From the IMG/VR virus record IMGVR_UViG_3300031787_009175, positions 1-64,000 of that record: a stretch of DNA of 64,000 nucleotides; one strand, written 5' to 3'. The notes beneath the pieces were generated by a model, which did no database searches, was not told where the DNA came from, and saw only the letters and a list, made by a program, of their open reading frames with translations. Numbering within the stretch: position 1 is the first letter of the stretch; each line of letters opens with the position of its first letter. A program made the translations under genes and the position numbers. This document shows, piece by piece, positions 61,016-64,000 of the stretch. This DNA is from a virus.

Positions 61016-62278
61016 ATGAGCGAAAAAATCAAAGTGTTAGTGCTCCCATCAGACAAAACTGGCGTGGGCAAATTTAGGTCTGTTGACCCCCACGTTATGT
61101 TACAAAATATGTATCCTAACGATTTTCACGTAGACATTGACTACGAACCACGTATCAATGACATCAACTATTGGAGACAATACCAAATTGTTCATATTCA
61201 CAGAAATATCGGCAATATGTATGAACATACTCCGAATATCATTAGGATGTTAAAATCATTAAATATTGTAACAATAATTGACATCGATGACTATTGGATG
61301 CCAGGCAAAGAACATCCAATTCACGATATTATACGTCAAAACAAAATCAATGAAAAGATTGTCGAAAACCTGAAACATCCTGATTATGTAACAACAACGA
61401 CATCTATCTTCGCAAAAGAGTTAAAGAAGATTAATAAAAATGTTGAGATTTTCCCAAATGCGATTGACCCATCTGAACCACAATTTAACGAACCAACAGA
61501 AAAGTCTGATAAGATAAGAATTGGTTGGTTAGGAGGCTCTTCACACTTGCATGACCTTCAATTGTTAGAAGGTATGGTTTCTAAATTATCACCTATTCAA
61601 GATAAAATCCAATATGTAGTGTGCGGATTTGACACAAGGGGAACTATCACTGAAATTAACAAACAAACAGGTGAACAAAAACAAAGACCAATTCAACCTC
61701 ACGAAACGGTTTGGGCAAAATACGAAGAGATATTCACAAACAGATATCAAATTATCACACCTGAATATAAACTTTTCTTAGATAAATTTATTGAGCAACC
61801 TTTCGAGAATGAAAAAAATGAAAATTACAGAAGAGTTTGGACAAAAGATATTACACAATATGCTAGAAATTACTCTAAATTTGATATCTCAATTGCACCA
61901 ATCAAAAGTCATATGTTCAATATCGTCAAATCTCAATTAAAAGTTATTGAAGCAGGTTTTTATAAAAAGGCACTTATCGCATCAGAAGTTGGTCCATACA
62001 CGATTGATTTGAAACATGCTATTAAGAACGGACAATTTACAGATGGGAACGCACTATTGGTTCCTGAATCAAGAAATCATAGTGATTGGGCTAAAAACAT
62101 CAAAAAGTTGGTAGATAATCCAAATATGATTGTAGATTTGGGTGAACGTCTTTATGAAACCGTAAAAGACACTTATGATTTAAGAAATGTAACGAAGGCT
62201 AGAGCCGAATGGTATAAATTAATAGTTGATAAAAAAAACAATGTTGAACATACCCTTAACCAAAATTTTGTTTCTTGA
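61016..62278 (+). CDS. GT-B (GT4-like) glycosyltransferase
   Basis: GVGKFRSVDPH, IDIDDYW, FPNAID, RIGWLGGSSH and DISIAPI..FNIVKSQLKVIEAG..LIASEVGPY motifs. Confidence 0.8.
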   Translation: MSEKIKVLVLPSDKTGVGKFRSVDPHVMLQNMYPNDFHVDIDYEPRINDINYWRQYQIVHIHRNIGNMYEHTPNIIRMLKSLNIVTIIDIDDYWMPGKEHPIHDIIRQNKINEKIVENLKHPDYVTTTTSIFAKELKKINKNVEIFPNAIDPSEPQFNEPTEKSDKIRIGWLGGSSHLHDLQLLEGMVSKLSPIQDKIQYVVCGFDTRGTITEINKQTGEQKQRPIQPHETVWAKYEEIFTNRYQIITPEYKLFLDKFIEQPFENEKNENYRRVWTKDITQYARNYSKFDISIAPIKSHMFNIVKSQLKVIEAGFYKKALIASEVGPYTIDLKHAIKNGQFTDGNALLVPESRNHSDWAKNIKKLVDNPNMIVDLGERLYETVKDTYDLRNVTKARAEWYKLIVDKKNNVEHTLNQNFVS

Positions 62279-62942
62279 TATTGAAACCGTAGGTATTACC
62301 TATGATTACAATCAATGTAAGGAAAAATATCCGAGACTTGCGGAACAGTTTTCAAACTACTTCGATTGGTTTCAGAAACGTTTTCCTGAGGATGACGGAA
62401 AATCTTTTGACTACGTTTTCAGTTTAAGGTCCTCTCTTGTTCCCGAATTCGCAAAAGTTGTTTGTGTAAGTGCATCATTTGTTACTGATAAAGGTGAAAT
62501 AAAAACTCAAACATTTTCATCCGATGATGAATCAGAAGTTTTGAGAGATACACAAAAACTATTGGACAGATGTGGAAAACTTGGATTTTATCTTTGTGGT
62601 CATAACTTAAAAAACTTTGATATTCCGATGTTATCAAAACGCATGGTTATCAATGGAATTTTACCTCCACAAATATTACCAAGTTATGATACCAAACCTT
62701 GGGAAATAAAGGCGATTGACACAAAAGAACTTTGGCAGTTTGGGGCTTATTCATCCATTGGTTCACTTGATTTAATGTGTGCAAGTATGAATGTTGAGTC
62801 ATCAAAAGATGGCGAAATAACAGGTAAGGATGTTCACGAAGCTTATTGGAAAAAATCAAAATTGAAACAAATTGCTGAATACTGCGAAAAAGATGTTAAG
62901 GTATTAATAGACGTAATAAAAAAATTTAAAGAATTAAAATAA
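62241..62942 (+). CDS. PolB-like 3'-5' exonuclease (DnaQ superfamily)
   Basis: LFLDIETV, GHNLKNFDIP and YCEKDV motifs. The start is set to the ATG of MLNIPL. Confidence 0.85.
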   Translation: MLNIPLTKILFLDIETVGITYDYNQCKEKYPRLAEQFSNYFDWFQKRFPEDDGKSFDYVFSLRSSLVPEFAKVVCVSASFVTDKGEIKTQTFSSDDESEVLRDTQKLLDRCGKLGFYLCGHNLKNFDIPMLSKRMVINGILPPQILPSYDTKPWEIKAIDTKELWQFGAYSSIGSLDLMCASMNVESSKDGEITGKDVHEAYWKKSKLKQIAEYCEKDVKVLIDVIKKFKELK

Positions 62943-63559
62943 TGGATATTTCACAACAACTTAAAGATTTAGAAAAATCTCTCAAAAGTTTACAAGAAGA
63001 TTTGGGAGTATCGGACGATGAATCATTGAATATGACGGATGTCGAGTATGATTTCATAAAAAGTAATTATGGGATTGACATCAAACAACTTGATGAAGAA
63101 CTAATGAATCCGAAAACATTGATGGATTTAAAATATCAAACAATAAGTAAAGATGCTACTATACCGAAGTATAACTATGGCTCCGATTCAGGATTTGACT
63201 TACATTCAACCGAAGAAATAACAATAGATGGATTTGGCAGAGCTCTTATTCCAACAGGATTGAGATTTGATATTAAAGATGGTTATGAAATCCAAGTAAG
63301 AACCAAAAGTGGTTTAGCTATCAATCAAGGTTTAATGGTTTTGAATTCACCCGGTACTGTAGATAGTGGATATAACGGAGAAGTTAAGGTTATAATTTTT
63401 AATACAAATAAAGAACCTTTTACAATCACAAAAGGAATGAAAGTAGCACAAGCAGTTTTATGTCCCGTTGTTAATGGAAATTGGGTTGATTTAATTAAAG
63501 TTGAAGAAATAAAAGAAAAAGATAGAAATGCAAACGGTTTTGGTTCAACTGGACTCTAA
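62942..63559 (+). CDS. dut: Trimeric dUTPase with an N-terminal extension
   Basis: SGFDL, RTKSGLA, NSPGTVDSGYNGEV, AQAV and RNANGFGSTG motifs. Confidence 0.93.
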   Translation: MDISQQLKDLEKSLKSLQEDLGVSDDESLNMTDVEYDFIKSNYGIDIKQLDEELMNPKTLMDLKYQTISKDATIPKYNYGSDSGFDLHSTEEITIDGFGRALIPTGLRFDIKDGYEIQVRTKSGLAINQGLMVLNSPGTVDSGYNGEVKVIIFNTNKEPFTITKGMKVAQAVLCPVVNGNWVDLIKVEEIKEKDRNANGFGSTGL

Positions 63560-63935
63560 TGTGAGTCCCGAATTAGCTTTCGGATTAAAAAATTATTTAA
63601 TTGACATTGATGGGACAATAACAGAAGATGTTCCAAATGAACAACCTGAACGTATGTCAATTGTTGAACCATTTGAGGGTTCAGTAGAAACAATAAATGA
63701 ATGGTATAATGAAGGTCACGTAATAACATTTTTTACATCAAGAACTGATGAACACGAATTGGTAACAAAACAGTGGTTAGATAAGTGGAATTTTAAATAC
63801 CATAATATTATATTTAACAAACCAAGAGGAGGAAACTACCATTGGATTGATAACCATATTGTAAGGGCAACTCGTTATAACGGCAGGTGGTCCAAATTGG
63901 TAAACAAAACCCATAATATTGAAGTATTCGAATAA
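63528..63935 (+). CDS. Small HAD-family phosphatase
   Basis: IDIDGTI, FFTSR, KP and WIDN motifs. The true start may be the GTG at 63561. Confidence 0.75.
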   Translation: MQTVLVQLDSNVSPELAFGLKNYLIDIDGTITEDVPNEQPERMSIVEPFEGSVETINEWYNEGHVITFFTSRTDEHELVTKQWLDKWNFKYHNIIFNKPRGGNYHWIDNHIVRATRYNGRWSKLVNKTHNIEVFE

Positions 63936-64000
63936 TGATAACAATTGGATATAGCACAAGAACCTCAAATCCAACTCTACGAGAATACTTTAAAAAAACT
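63935..64000 (+). CDS. 5' fragment of a gene, possibly a GT2-like glycosyltransferase
   Basis: ATG overlaps the previous stop (TAATG); MITIGYSTRTSNPTLREYFKKT is open to the window end. Confidence 0.4.
   Translation, partial: MITIGYSTRTSNPTLREYFKKT

Noticed and set aside
1-64000. Stop-codon reassignment as in some large Bacteroidota phages
   Set aside because: Genes are full length in the standard code, and TAA, TAG and TGA all terminate genes.

Overview
This window is part of a large, AT-rich dsDNA myovirus (contractile-tailed, T4/jumbo-like) genome read in the standard genetic code. The host is most likely a Bacteroidota: there is an exact TTTG-N19-TAnnTTTG promoter, no obvious Shine-Dalgarno sites, and a Bacteroidota-type secreted-protein gene. 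Core modules are a gp32-like SSB, two giant baseplate proteins, tape measure, tail chaperone, tail tube, tail sheath, neck proteins, an SNF2 helicase, a family B DNA polymerase, a 3'-5' exonuclease and a dUTPase. The best candidate for a new system lies at 36.5-58.3 kb. A 3289-aa mucin-like protein (long Thr-Pro blocks alternating with Cys-rich modules, a vWA-like domain and Delta-60 repeats) is followed, with no visible terminator, by a GT60/Gnt1-type GlcNAc transferase and nine further glycosyl-, methyl- and nucleotidyl-transferase-type genes. This suggests a phage-encoded mucin-type O-glycosylation pathway for the virion. Other notable signals are: a [S/T]-G-x-[T/S] motif enriched in virion proteins; a ~205-nt structured ncRNA with its own promoter and terminator; a likely programmed frameshift in the tail chaperone; a TATTTAT element before about 17 late genes; and a set of proteins with putative capsid-targeting I/L-x-E leaders, including a superoxide dismutase fused to a nuclease-like domain. 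All product calls come from motif recognition by eye; no database searches were run.
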